NCBI GenBank assembly: GCA_035529375.1
Contig: DATKWU010000009.1
Coordinates: 93,848-157,847 of the forward strand
Length of the DNA stretch: 64,000 bases
Direction: 5' to 3'
Source: Patescibacteria group bacterium
GTDB lineage: Bacteria > Patescibacteriota > Microgenomatia > PFEM01 > JAHIFH01
In this document: positions 44,648 to 53,915 of the stretch, piece after piece
Numbering within the stretch: the stretch's first letter is position 1
How the letters are laid out: each line of letters starts with the position of its first letter
Position numbers and translations under genes: made by a program
The notes under the pieces: generated by a model
What the model was told of the DNA's origin: nothing
The model's input: only the letters and a program-made list of their open reading frames with translations
Databases searched by the model: none

Positions 44648-46237
44648 CTAGAATTGCTTTAAGGTAAAAGTCTCTGGAAGATTGCCCCAGTTTTCAATTA
44701 TAAAAAGTATTGCTCTTGTTGACCATTGATAAGTTTTCAAAAGAAAAACGGCAACAAAGGTAAACCATAAAAAACTTAAAGCTTTCGAAAGATAAACAGG
44801 TTTTGTTAGCAACTTAATTCTGTTTTTGGCAATTTTAAAAACAAAATCTGAGATTTTAACTCTCTGTCTATAAATTCCAAAAATAATAACAAACAGGGCG
44901 ATACAAAACCGATAAAGAGCGATCTGATTTTTTTCTGGGTTAAGACTAAAGTATCCCCAATAAAGTGCCGTGGAGAATGGCAAGGTAAAAAAGACAATCA
45001 AGGAAATAATGGTTGGTGATTTTATAAATTTATATAATTCATAACCAGCCGCAATTGAAAAAAACGGAATAAAGGGAAGATAGTACCAAGGATAATTTGC
45101 TCCTCCAAAAAACAAAAGGGTTAAAAGATAACTACCGGCGGCCACAAAAACATAATTTAATTTAATTCTTTTCTTTAATTTAATAAAAGCAGTTGAGATA
45201 ATTCCCCAAAGCCAAAAACCATCCACGGGGAAGTTATTGAAATTTAATCCTTTAGTTATAACCAAAAGGTTCAGCGGTCCAAAAAACTCTCTTGAAGTCT
45301 GGCTAAAAAACAAATCATTGAAAAGCGTCGGCGAAAGCCAGAAAGCATAAACATAAAAAGAAGACCCAAGAATAACTGTCGGTGTCAGGAAATAAATAAT
45401 CTTTTTTATTTTTGCCCTGGAAGAAACCAGGATATAAAGATTAGCAATTAGCAAAAATATTCCCAGTTCCTTAACCATTAAGGCCAGGCCGCTAAAAACC
45501 CCGGCAAGAATAATAAATGCTTCCTGTTGCCTTTTTGATCTCACTTTTTGAGACAAAAATAGAAAAATTAAATTGGCCAAAGATATTGGAATTAGAATGT
45601 TTTCTAATAAAGCGAATCTTGAGGAGAGGATAAAACTAGGAGCAATTGAATAGATAATAAAAGCAAAGAAAGAAGGTAAGACTTCATTGGTTAAAAGAAA
45701 TGTTAGGATAAATATTAAAAATCCGCTTACTAATGAGATTGTTAAAGCGACAGCCCTGTAGTCTTCTGATTTAAATTGCTCAAAACTTTCATATTTTTCT
45801 TTGATTCCTAGAGAATAGATTAAACTTCCCAAAATGGGGTGATCTAAAAACGGCTGGACAAAGAGAATGTGCTCTTGCCCTTTACCCCTGTCAATTTCTT
45901 TAACAACCGAAAAAGGATAATTATATTTTTTGGCATTGATTATATTAGGGACTTGGCCGTTGACTCTTATATTGATTCCATCAAAACCAAATATTTGTTT
46001 GGTTTTTCCTGGGCTTTTTAGATAACAACCAAGATTAGACCAAGCAGTTGGAATGCCTGTTTGTCTAAATGAATAACCAGCGTGAATATAATTGAGTTCG
46101 TCATAGATATCAGTAGTTGAAGGAATGCTTTCGTAACCAATATATCTGTTAAATTTCAAATCAGACTTGGTAAAAAATATAAAAAGAAGTGCCGTTAAAA
46201 GGAAAATTTTTATAACCGCTGTTTTCTTTATAAACAT
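44648..46237 (-). CDS. GT-C superfamily membrane glycosyltransferase (PMT/ArnT-like), putative
   Basis: 529 aa with about 12 TM helices and an N-terminal loop with acidic residues. Confidence 0.5.
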   Translation of the reverse strand: MFIKKTAVIKIFLLTALLFIFFTKSDLKFNRYIGYESIPSTTDIYDELNYIHAGYSFRQTGIPTAWSNLGCYLKSPGKTKQIFGFDGINIRVNGQVPNIINAKKYNYPFSVVKEIDRGKGQEHILFVQPFLDHPILGSLIYSLGIKEKYESFEQFKSEDYRAVALTISLVSGFLIFILTFLLTNEVLPSFFAFIIYSIAPSFILSSRFALLENILIPISLANLIFLFLSQKVRSKRQQEAFIILAGVFSGLALMVKELGIFLLIANLYILVSSRAKIKKIIYFLTPTVILGSSFYVYAFWLSPTLFNDLFFSQTSREFFGPLNLLVITKGLNFNNFPVDGFWLWGIISTAFIKLKKRIKLNYVFVAAGSYLLTLLFFGGANYPWYYLPFIPFFSIAAGYELYKFIKSPTIISLIVFFTLPFSTALYWGYFSLNPEKNQIALYRFCIALFVIIFGIYRQRVKISDFVFKIAKNRIKLLTKPVYLSKALSFLWFTFVAVFLLKTYQWSTRAILFIIENWGNLPETFTLKQF

Positions 46238-46371
46238 GACAGATAATTAAACATGACAGGTAATTTTATTAATTTTCCGTGCCTTCGCCAGCTGCTAGTC
46301 CTACTTGGTGATTTCCAAACTTATGAATTTACCAATCCTGTATAATTATAACAAATTTATCAGTTCTATTT

Positions 46372-46704
46372 ATGATAAACAAATGTTCTCAGTGTGGCCT
46401 TTGCTGTTATTTATTCTTAGTGAATTTAACCGAAGAAGAATACCAGTCAGGCAAATACAAAACTCAGTTTGAGGAGTTTGGCTTGATTGATGACTTTCAC
46501 CAGGCAGCCGCGTGTGGAGCAAACATTCTCAAGCAAAAAGAAGATGGCAATTGCCTCTATCTTCAGGGAAACAAATGTTCTATTCATAGAATCAGACCCC
46601 AAGTTTGCAGAGAGTTTTTCTGTACCTCGAAGTTGAAAAAGTTCAAAAAAATGGTTAAGCAGATTGAAAAGAAACGAGCTAATCTGGAAAAGAGAAAGAA
46701 GTAA
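46372..46704 (+). CDS. YkgJ-family Fe-S/zinc-binding protein (CxxCxxCC)
   Basis: 110 aa. CSQCGLCC motif plus downstream C...C. Confidence 0.6.
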   Translation: MINKCSQCGLCCYLFLVNLTEEEYQSGKYKTQFEEFGLIDDFHQAAACGANILKQKEDGNCLYLQGNKCSIHRIRPQVCREFFCTSKLKKFKKMVKQIEKKRANLEKRKK

Positions 46705-46706
46705 AA

Positions 46707-46729
46707 GGCTCTAGACCAGCCTACTTAGC
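46707..46729 (+). repeat. R-repeat copy N (GGCTCTAGACCAGCCTACTTAGC)
   Basis: Begins 3 bp after the YkgJ TAA stop. Confidence 0.7.
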
Positions 46730-46755
46730 AGTTTTAGAATTTCGGTCTCAGATAC

Positions 46756-46953
46756 ATGTGCTATAATGAATTTATCAATAATAACAAAGAGACAATCGAC
46801 AATTTAATAGTTATTTTCTTCGAAGAAGGTGGTCGTATTGACAAATTCTACCTCCAAAAGAGAAAAAGAAACCCCTCGCTGGTTTACTTGAATGGTTGGT
46901 TTCGCGGTCGCAATATCCGTGAAGCAATATTAAGAGCGCTTGCGGACCAGTAA
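46756..46953 (+). CDS. Small hypothetical ORF
   Basis: 65 aa. Weak support. No motif. Confidence 0.25.
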   Translation: MCYNEFINNNKETIDNLIVIFFEEGGRIDKFYLQKRKRNPSLVYLNGWFRGRNIREAILRALADQ

Positions 46954-47052
46954 ACAATTTTATTCCACGCAAAATATAACTACCTTTCTAATACTTTCCA
47001 GGTAAAATTTGGCCTTTTATGGTTTTCTTTCTATAAGAAATTAGACCAGGAG

Positions 47053-47376
47053 TTAACGATAACCTCCCCCTCTTGGTCCTCGACTGTCTCTTGGACCTTC
47101 CCTTCTGTTGTCAAAACTCGGTCTTTCTTCTCTTGGTTTTGCAACATTGACAGCAATCTTTCTTCCTCCCATCTCAGTGTCATTTAACTTCTTAATAGCT
47201 TCATCTGCTTCCTCGTCGTTTTCCATATCAACAAAAGCAAATCCCTTGCTTTGACCACTATATCTGTCAGTGATTAGATCACAAGAAACAATCTTGCCAA
47301 ATTTGGAGAATATTTCTTCTATTTGGGAGCTCGTTACAGTATAAGGAAGCCCTCCAACGAATAGTTTTTTGGACAT
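47053..47376 (-). CDS. RRM-type RNA-binding protein with a Gly/Arg-rich tail
   Basis: 107 aa. RNP-2 LFVGGL, RNP-1 KGFAFVDM, and a C-terminal RGG-like tail. Confidence 0.8.
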   Translation of the reverse strand: MSKKLFVGGLPYTVTSSQIEEIFSKFGKIVSCDLITDRYSGQSKGFAFVDMENDEEADEAIKKLNDTEMGGRKIAVNVAKPREERPSFDNRREGPRDSRGPRGGGYR

Positions 47377-47562
47377 TTATTTTTCACCACCCTTCTGTTT
47401 TAAAATACTGTCTCTATCTGGCGACCAGAAAAAACCTTTGGAGGATATCTTCTTATCTGACTAGAAGAAACAGGTGTTAATATATCCCTCCTTAAGGGAT
47501 ACGTTTGTATTATAACACATTATCTTTTCAACTGCATCATTTTCTCAAATATAAGGTAATTA

Positions 47563-47596
47563 GGTTCTAGACCGACCTGTATGGTTAATTATAAGG
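47563..47596 (+). repeat. R-repeat copy O, the last one (GGTTCTAGACCGACCTG, then TTATAAGG downstream)
   Basis: Truncated R (the CTCAGC tail is replaced) with ATAAGG elements on both flanks. Lies in the intergenic region before pyrF. Confidence 0.6.
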
Positions 47597-47760
47597 CAAG
47601 AAAATTTTTAGAATAATTCACTCAGCCATTTCAAAATTACTAACTAAGGTAAAATTCTCTATATTGTTTTTTTACCTCTTGACTTTTTGTGAAAAAGATT
47701 TTATTGTCAATTCAATATTCAGTCTGCCCCCTAAAAGTTTAATACGATAAACTAAATAAG

Positions 47761-48627
47761 ATGCCAAGAGAAATTCCTCAATCTGAAACTCTAAAAACCC
47801 CTAAATCTGAATTTGTTGCCAAATTAGAAAATCGTTGGCAACAAGGCAATTTTGTTTGTGTTGGCCTTGACTCAGATTTTTCTAAAATTCCCCTGGGAAT
47901 AAGAACCGACTCCATAGAACGTACAATGACTGTTTTTAATAGAGCAATTATTGAGGCGACTTATGATTTAGTTTGTGCTTATAAACCTAATATTGCTTTT
48001 TACGAAGCTCAAGGTGAACAAGGAATGAGAGCTTTAGCGAGAACCATAAATTTTATTAAAGATTTTCATCCTGATATTCCTGTTATTCTTGATGCTAAAC
48101 GAGGTGATATTGGTAACACTAACCTTGGTTATATCAAGGCCGCTTTTGATGAATTAAGAGCAGATGCAGTCACTGTTCATCCCTATCTTGGTAGAGAAGC
48201 CTTAAAACCATTCTTAGACCGTCAAGATAAAGGTATTATAGTTTTAGCCAGAACTTCCAATCCTGGTGCCGGTGAATTTCAAGATCTCCTAGTTGGCGAA
48301 AACCCACTCTATCAGATTGTGGCTAGAAATATAGCTGAATCTTGGAATGAAAATGGTAATTGTGCTATCGTTGCTGGTGCCACTTATCCTCAAGAACTAG
48401 CTGGAATCAGAGCTGTTGTTGGCGACTTACCAATTCTCATTCCTGGTATCGGCGCCCAAAAAGGTGATGTTGAAGCCAGTATTAAAGCAGGCAAAGATAG
48501 CCGCAATTTGGGAATGATTGTCAATTCTTCACGAGGGATTATCTTTGCTTCAGGCGGAGCAGATTTTGCTGAGGCAGCCAGACAAGAGACTGAAAAATTA
48601 AGAGAAGAAATTAATAGATATAGATAA
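47761..48627 (+). CDS. pyrF: Orotidine 5'-phosphate decarboxylase (type 2)
   Basis: 288 aa. DAKRGDIGNT active-site region. Confidence 0.85.
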   Translation: MPREIPQSETLKTPKSEFVAKLENRWQQGNFVCVGLDSDFSKIPLGIRTDSIERTMTVFNRAIIEATYDLVCAYKPNIAFYEAQGEQGMRALARTINFIKDFHPDIPVILDAKRGDIGNTNLGYIKAAFDELRADAVTVHPYLGREALKPFLDRQDKGIIVLARTSNPGAGEFQDLLVGENPLYQIVARNIAESWNENGNCAIVAGATYPQELAGIRAVVGDLPILIPGIGAQKGDVEASIKAGKDSRNLGMIVNSSRGIIFASGGADFAEAARQETEKLREEINRYR

Positions 48628-48636
48628 GCTACGGAT

Positions 48637-49317
48637 ATGGAAAGAAGAGGAAATCAACCTTTAAATCCAGAAAATTTAACAGCAGAGTCACAGTTATGTC
48701 TTCAACTATTTGTTATTGGTGCAATTAAATTCGGCGATTTTAGATTAAAAGTACATGATAAACATCCAGAAGCACCCCCGTCACCTGTTTACATTGACCT
48801 CAGACTTCTTCGAAGAGAACCTGAAGCTAAAGTTGCAGCAGTTGATGTTTATCAAGAGCTACTCAAACCCCTAAAATTTGACTTATTAGCTGATGTACCT
48901 ACAGCCGCAACACCGTTAGTCTCTTCTCTTTCAGACAGATTAGGTGTTGGTATGATTACACCCCGAACTGATATAAAAACTCATGGTGCAGGAGTAAAAA
49001 TAGATGGAATGAGAACGTTTGATAAAGGTAAGACTGTAGTTTTAGTTGACGATCTAATCACCCATGCAGATTCTAAATTAGAAGCGGTCAGGATTCTTAG
49101 AGACGAAGGGTTAAGAGTAAGAGACGTTGTTGTCTTAGTTGATAGAAAACAAGGAGGCGAAGAACAACTTGCTGCCGAAGGAATTAAACTTCATGCCGCT
49201 CTAACAATGGATAAAATGTTAGCTTTTTATAACGGAATGGGAATGATTACTAATCCAGAATATGTAAGAATAAACCAAGGATTAGCAGATTTAAATGACT
49301 TCCTAGCAGGCCTCTAA
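48637..49317 (+). CDS. pyrE: Orotate phosphoribosyltransferase
   Basis: 226 aa. PRPP-binding motif VVLVDDLITHADSKL. Confidence 0.85.
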   Translation: MERRGNQPLNPENLTAESQLCLQLFVIGAIKFGDFRLKVHDKHPEAPPSPVYIDLRLLRREPEAKVAAVDVYQELLKPLKFDLLADVPTAATPLVSSLSDRLGVGMITPRTDIKTHGAGVKIDGMRTFDKGKTVVLVDDLITHADSKLEAVRILRDEGLRVRDVVVLVDRKQGGEEQLAAEGIKLHAALTMDKMLAFYNGMGMITNPEYVRINQGLADLNDFLAGL

Positions 49318-49346
49318 TTTTCTCTTTTCTAAAACTTCTTAAAAAA

Positions 49347-50564
49347 TTACAAAATGATGGCATTTTCCTTGCAAATTTTTGCGTAAGCATAAGCACTCTT
49401 TCTTATTTTTCTTTCTTGGTTTTTATAATTAATTTCAATTAAGCCAAATCGGGGTTTAAAACCAAAAGACCATTCAAAATTATCTATTAAAGACCAATAA
49501 AGGTAACCACGAACATCCACTCCTTCCTGGATTGCCTGATGAACCCATTGAAGATGATTGATAATAAATTTTTCTCTGTATTTGTCTTTGGCATCAGCCA
49601 CACCATTTTCAGTGATATAGATTGGGAGATTATATTTCTTTAAACTCGTCAAAACTTCGTAAATCCCTTGGGGGTAAAATTGCCAACCCAAGTCCGAACT
49701 TTCGAGGAGAATGGTTTTTTCAAGTTTCTTTTTGTTGACTTTCGTTTTCAAATCCTGAAAGCGAAGTTGGTGAAAAAGGTAGTAGTTTAAACCTAAAAAA
49801 TCATGGGTTTTTCCGGTCAAACGATAAAAAGAATGATTCAGGAATATTTTGATGAATGAAGGCACCGCTCGGCTTAAAAAATGGTTACCATAATAATGTA
49901 AAGCCGGCATATTAATCACGGCCCCCACTTGAGCATTGGGAAATTCATTTTTTATGGCTTGGTAAACTTCTTTGTGGGCTAAAGCAAGATTGCGGTAAAC
50001 TCGAAGGGCTAGCAACCTATTTTTCTTTTGTGGTGGCCAAAATCCTTGTAGGTAACCGGCGGCCACGATGGTTTTAGGTTCGTTAATGGTGACCCAAAAG
50101 TCGACCTTATCAGCCAAGGCCTTAACCGCAAACAGACAAAAGCGTTTGAAATATTCAATGTTCTCTTTTTTTTCAAAACCACCTTTTTTGGCAAACCATA
50201 AAGGCAAAGTAACATGATATAAAGAAACAAAAGTCTTTAGCTTTTCCTCTTTAAGAGTTTGAAGGACATTTTGATAGTGTTTTACTGCTTCATCATTCCA
50301 TTTACCCTCCTCTGGCTCAATTCTTGACCATTCGATGGAAAAGCGATGAGCATTGTGATTGAGTTTTTTTGCCAAGGCAAAATCTTCTTTGAAGCGACGA
50401 TAGTGATCACAGGCAATCCCTGAAGCCTTGATGTCTTTTCTTTTCTCCCATTCCCACCAATCATTACCTTTATTATTACCTTCAACTTGATGAGCAGCGG
50501 TGGCGGCTCCCCAAAGAAAATCTTTTGGAAAGACTAGCTTTTGGCTCTGATTGTCTCTTCTCAT
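49347..50564 (-). CDS. GH1 family beta-glucosidase
   Basis: 405 aa. Acid/base TINEP and nucleophile ITENG motifs. Confidence 0.85.
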   Translation of the reverse strand: MRRDNQSQKLVFPKDFLWGAATAAHQVEGNNKGNDWWEWEKRKDIKASGIACDHYRRFKEDFALAKKLNHNAHRFSIEWSRIEPEEGKWNDEAVKHYQNVLQTLKEEKLKTFVSLYHVTLPLWFAKKGGFEKKENIEYFKRFCLFAVKALADKVDFWVTINEPKTIVAAGYLQGFWPPQKKNRLLALRVYRNLALAHKEVYQAIKNEFPNAQVGAVINMPALHYYGNHFLSRAVPSFIKIFLNHSFYRLTGKTHDFLGLNYYLFHQLRFQDLKTKVNKKKLEKTILLESSDLGWQFYPQGIYEVLTSLKKYNLPIYITENGVADAKDKYREKFIINHLQWVHQAIQEGVDVRGYLYWSLIDNFEWSFGFKPRFGLIEINYKNQERKIRKSAYAYAKICKENAIIL

Positions 50565-51862
50565 ATTTGTTTTAATCTCTTAAGGGTCTTCTCTTTACCG
50601 ATCAGGGCCATAGTTTCAAAGAGAGGCGGAGTGGCGGTTTTACCAGTAAGGGTAATTCTGGTCGCCATAAAATATTTGCCGGTATGCCAATTGTTTTTTC
50701 TGACTAAGTCTCTGAACAATTTTTCTAATCTTTTTGCCTCCCAAACTTTGTTTTTTTCTAATTCAATGATTGATTTTTCGAATTGTTCTTTGAGTAATTT
50801 TTCTCCCTGACTTTTTTTAATGAGTAATTTTCTATCAACTTTTGGTTCTTTAATAAAAAAATCAATTAAATCAGGATAATCAGAGAGTTTAATCAATCTG
50901 TCTTTAATCAAAGGAACAGTTTGTTTGATTAAAGTATCACTCATTCCCTTAGGTGCATATTGTTTAATTAATTGAAGTAGTTCTTTATCTGTCTTTTCCC
51001 TAAGGTAAACACCATTCAACCAATCCAATTTTCTTAAATCAAAAACTGGTGCCGAAGTTGAAACTCGCTTAAAAGAAAAGTATTTAATAAATTCATCTAA
51101 ACTAAAAACCGTTTTGTCTTTGGGATGAGACCAGCCCATTAAACCAAAAAAGTTAACCATTGCCTCAGGTAAATAACCTTGTTTCTGATACCAAGAAAGG
51201 GCGACAAGATTTTTCCTTTTTGAAATTTTTGACTGGTCAGGATTTCTTAAAAGAGGCAGATGAGCGAATTCTGGCACCTTAGCCCCCAAAACCTGGTAAA
51301 GCATTATTTGCCTAGGCGTATTAGAAATATGATCTTCACCTCGAATCACATGGGAAATTTTCATTAACCAATCATCAATCACCACGGCAAAATTGTAAAC
51401 AGGATAGCCATTTGACCTTAAGATAACAAAATCTTCGATTTGCCCATTATCGAAACTTATTTCTCCACGAATAAGGTCTTGCCAAGAGGTTTTTCCTTGA
51501 GGAACTTTGAATCGAATTGCCCCTTCGTCTTGGTAAGCGAGTTTTTTTTCTAGCAATTCTTGGGCATATTTTTGATAAAGATTAGTTCTTTCTGATTGCC
51601 GATAAGGCCCAAACTTACCCCCAACGTCCGGACCCTCATCGTAATTTAAACCCAGCCAGTGCAAACCAGCAAAAATTGCTTTTTCCGCTTTAGGTACATG
51701 TCGTTTTATGTCTGTATCTTCGATTCGAAGAATAAATTTGCCTTTGTTTTTTTTGGCAAAAGCATAATTAAAAAGAGAGATGTAGGCGGTGCCAACATGG
51801 GCAAAGCCGGTTGACGAAGGCGAAATTCTGACTCGGATACTCATTTGCCTTGATTTTAGCAT
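50561..51862 (-). CDS. gltX: Glutamyl-tRNA synthetase (short form)
   Basis: 433 aa. HIGH-type motif (FAHVGT) and KISKR (KMSKS variant). Confidence 0.85.
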   Translation of the reverse strand: MLKSRQMSIRVRISPSSTGFAHVGTAYISLFNYAFAKKNKGKFILRIEDTDIKRHVPKAEKAIFAGLHWLGLNYDEGPDVGGKFGPYRQSERTNLYQKYAQELLEKKLAYQDEGAIRFKVPQGKTSWQDLIRGEISFDNGQIEDFVILRSNGYPVYNFAVVIDDWLMKISHVIRGEDHISNTPRQIMLYQVLGAKVPEFAHLPLLRNPDQSKISKRKNLVALSWYQKQGYLPEAMVNFFGLMGWSHPKDKTVFSLDEFIKYFSFKRVSTSAPVFDLRKLDWLNGVYLREKTDKELLQLIKQYAPKGMSDTLIKQTVPLIKDRLIKLSDYPDLIDFFIKEPKVDRKLLIKKSQGEKLLKEQFEKSIIELEKNKVWEAKRLEKLFRDLVRKNNWHTGKYFMATRITLTGKTATPPLFETMALIGKEKTLKRLKQI

Positions 51863-51895
51863 AGCATCACTTTATACTCAAAATAGATTTTCCAG

Positions 51896-52948
51896 ATGGC
51901 AACCCTAACTCAAACTGCCCAAACGACTCGGAAAGCGCTTAAATACGGCGTCATTGCCCTAGTCGCTATCTTTGTTCTGAAAATTGCCTGGGGGGTTGGA
52001 ACTGATATCTGGAAAAAAATTCACCCACCCCCGCCACCACCACCAACCATGGCTTTTGGTCCTTTACCAAAATTAAAATTTCCAGAAAAACAAACGCCTG
52101 AATTATCTTACCGTTTAGAAACTATCCAGGGAGCTCTACCCCAATTTGATAATATTGGTCGAGTTTACCTTTCACCTCAAAACCCGCCCAATCTCTTGGC
52201 TTTGGATAGGGCTAAACAAAAGGTTCGCAAGATGGGTTTCACTGGCCAACCGGAAAAAGTTAATGAAAATACTTATCGCTGGACAACCACGACAACTCCA
52301 GCAACTACTTTAGAAATGAATATCAATACTGGCAATCTTTATCTTCGTTATCAATTTGAAAATGATCAAGAACTTTTAGTTCAAAAAAACCTGCCAACTA
52401 ATGAACAGGCCGCCCAGGAAGCCAAAAGTTTCCTTCAAAACAATGGCCTGTTGACCGAAGATTTAGCCACTGGTAGTGCCGAGTTTAATTATCTAAAATA
52501 TATTCCCCCCAATTTGATTCCCGCCATTTCTCTTTCCGAGGCTGATTTTGTCCGAGTTAATTTCTTTAGAGCTGACCTTAATGACTTGAGAATTTATCCA
52601 CCTAACCCTAAAGAAGCCCTTGTTTCCTTTCTCTTCTCTGGTAGTCGGCTAATGGGTAAACGGATTATTGAAATTAAATATATTTACTACCCGATTGACC
52701 GCAATACTTCAGCCACCTATCCTCTTAAACCAATTAATAATGCCTGGCAAGAACTCCAATCAAAACAAGGTTACATTGCTAATTTAGGTCAAAATGATGA
52801 CAAACAAATTACCATTAGGAAAATTTATTTAGCCTATTATGACTCTGAAGAACCCCAAACTTTTGTCCAGCCAATTTATGTTTTTGAAGGCGATCAAAAC
52901 TTCTTCGCTTACGTTCCGGCGATTGACCCTAGTTGGACGGAGAAATAG
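51896..52948 (+). CDS. Hypothetical membrane-anchored protein with a poly-Pro linker
   Basis: 350 aa. N-terminal TM segment, then PPPPPPPT, then a large extracytoplasmic domain. Confidence 0.5.
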   Translation: MATLTQTAQTTRKALKYGVIALVAIFVLKIAWGVGTDIWKKIHPPPPPPPTMAFGPLPKLKFPEKQTPELSYRLETIQGALPQFDNIGRVYLSPQNPPNLLALDRAKQKVRKMGFTGQPEKVNENTYRWTTTTTPATTLEMNINTGNLYLRYQFENDQELLVQKNLPTNEQAAQEAKSFLQNNGLLTEDLATGSAEFNYLKYIPPNLIPAISLSEADFVRVNFFRADLNDLRIYPPNPKEALVSFLFSGSRLMGKRIIEIKYIYYPIDRNTSATYPLKPINNAWQELQSKQGYIANLGQNDDKQITIRKIYLAYYDSEEPQTFVQPIYVFEGDQNFFAYVPAIDPSWTEK

Positions 52949-53915
52949 TTGGAGCGATATTCTCCCAACGATAATTGCTAAAAGCCCAATCAACTAATCT
53001 AGCGGTTTCGCCAAAACGATCTTGACTGCCTAAAATAACCGTAATTATTCCCCGACCATCTCGTTCAACATACCCTACTAAACATTCACCCGCTTCCTCA
53101 GTCCAACCAGTCTTAACCCCTTTCATCCCTGGCAGCCAAGAAAGTAATTCATTAATATTGTAAAGAACATGTTCAAATTGACCGGTCGTATTAGTGACCA
53201 CGATTTTTGGAGTGGCCACCATTTCACCTAAAAGTGGCTCTTTAATCACCAAGCTCGCTAATCTCGCTAAATCTAAAGCAGTTGAATAAGAATAACCAAC
53301 TAATAAATTACCTTTCTCATCAATATCCAAACCCGTAGGGTTAACAAAATAAGTGTCGTTCAGGTTTAATTCCTTAGCTTTCTCATTCATCGCCTCAACA
53401 AACCCTTTTTCTCCACCTGGGTAGTTTTGGGCTAACAAAGTAGCTGCGTCATTAGCTGAAGCGACTAACACCCCAAATAATAGACTCTTAACCGTCATCA
53501 CTTCTCCTCCTTTTAATCTCATATCCTGACCTTGATTATTGATGCCAATAACTGTCAAAGTACTTTCCAAATCATAGTAGTCAAGGACTACTAAAGCCGT
53601 CATCAATTTCACAGTCGAAGCCGGTAAAAGTTGAACTCTCTCGTCCTTGGCAAACATCACGACAGCTGAATCACGATCAACAACAATGATTGACTTAGCC
53701 GTCAAAGATGGTGCCGGTATCTCAGTAAAATTAACGGGATAATCAGCCACTCTAGGCAACTCTAATTCGATTGGCTGGATTTTAGGTGGTTGGTAAGTAG
53801 CTTGAACAATTGAATACCAATTGTTGCTGGGAAAAAGAAAAAAAATTAGCCCAAATAAAAAAAGAAAAGCTCTCTTTATCTTAATAGTAGTCAAATTGGG
53901 ATTTTTTGGCTTCAC
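52929..53915 (-). CDS. D-alanyl-D-alanine carboxypeptidase (PBP5/DacA-like)
   Basis: 328 aa. SxxK (ASTVKLMT), SxN (SANDAA) and KTG (KTGWT) motifs. Confidence 0.8.
   Translation of the reverse strand: MKPKNPNLTTIKIKRAFLFLFGLIFFLFPSNNWYSIVQATYQPPKIQPIELELPRVADYPVNFTEIPAPSLTAKSIIVVDRDSAVVMFAKDERVQLLPASTVKLMTALVVLDYYDLESTLTVIGINNQGQDMRLKGGEVMTVKSLLFGVLVASANDAATLLAQNYPGGEKGFVEAMNEKAKELNLNDTYFVNPTGLDIDEKGNLLVGYSYSTALDLARLASLVIKEPLLGEMVATPKIVVTNTTGQFEHVLYNINELLSWLPGMKGVKTGWTEEAGECLVGYVERDGRGIITVILGSQDRFGETARLVDWAFSNYRWENIAPTISPSN

Noticed and set aside
19853-47596. R repeats interpreted as a CRISPR array
   Set aside because: The repeats are 0.1 to 3 kb apart, with full-length protein-coding genes between them. 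The copies are degenerate rather than near-identical, and there is no cas gene. This is not a CRISPR locus.
19853-47596. R repeats as canonical integron attC sites
   Set aside because: They lack the R'' (RYYYAAC) and R' (GTTRRRY) boxes at the expected spacing. GTTATAAGG breaks the RRR rule. No 60- to 140-bp imperfect palindrome is evident, and no intI is seen in the window. The integron analogy is kept only as a functional hypothesis.
47400-47760. Direct repeat of the tRNA-Gln 3' end (attR) at the far side of the accessory segment
   Set aside because: I looked for CCCCGCAGCCA or GGTTCGAATCCTAGCC-like strings near 47.4 to 47.8 kb and elsewhere. None was found, so a single tRNA-Gln-targeted island with classic attL/attR cannot be supported.
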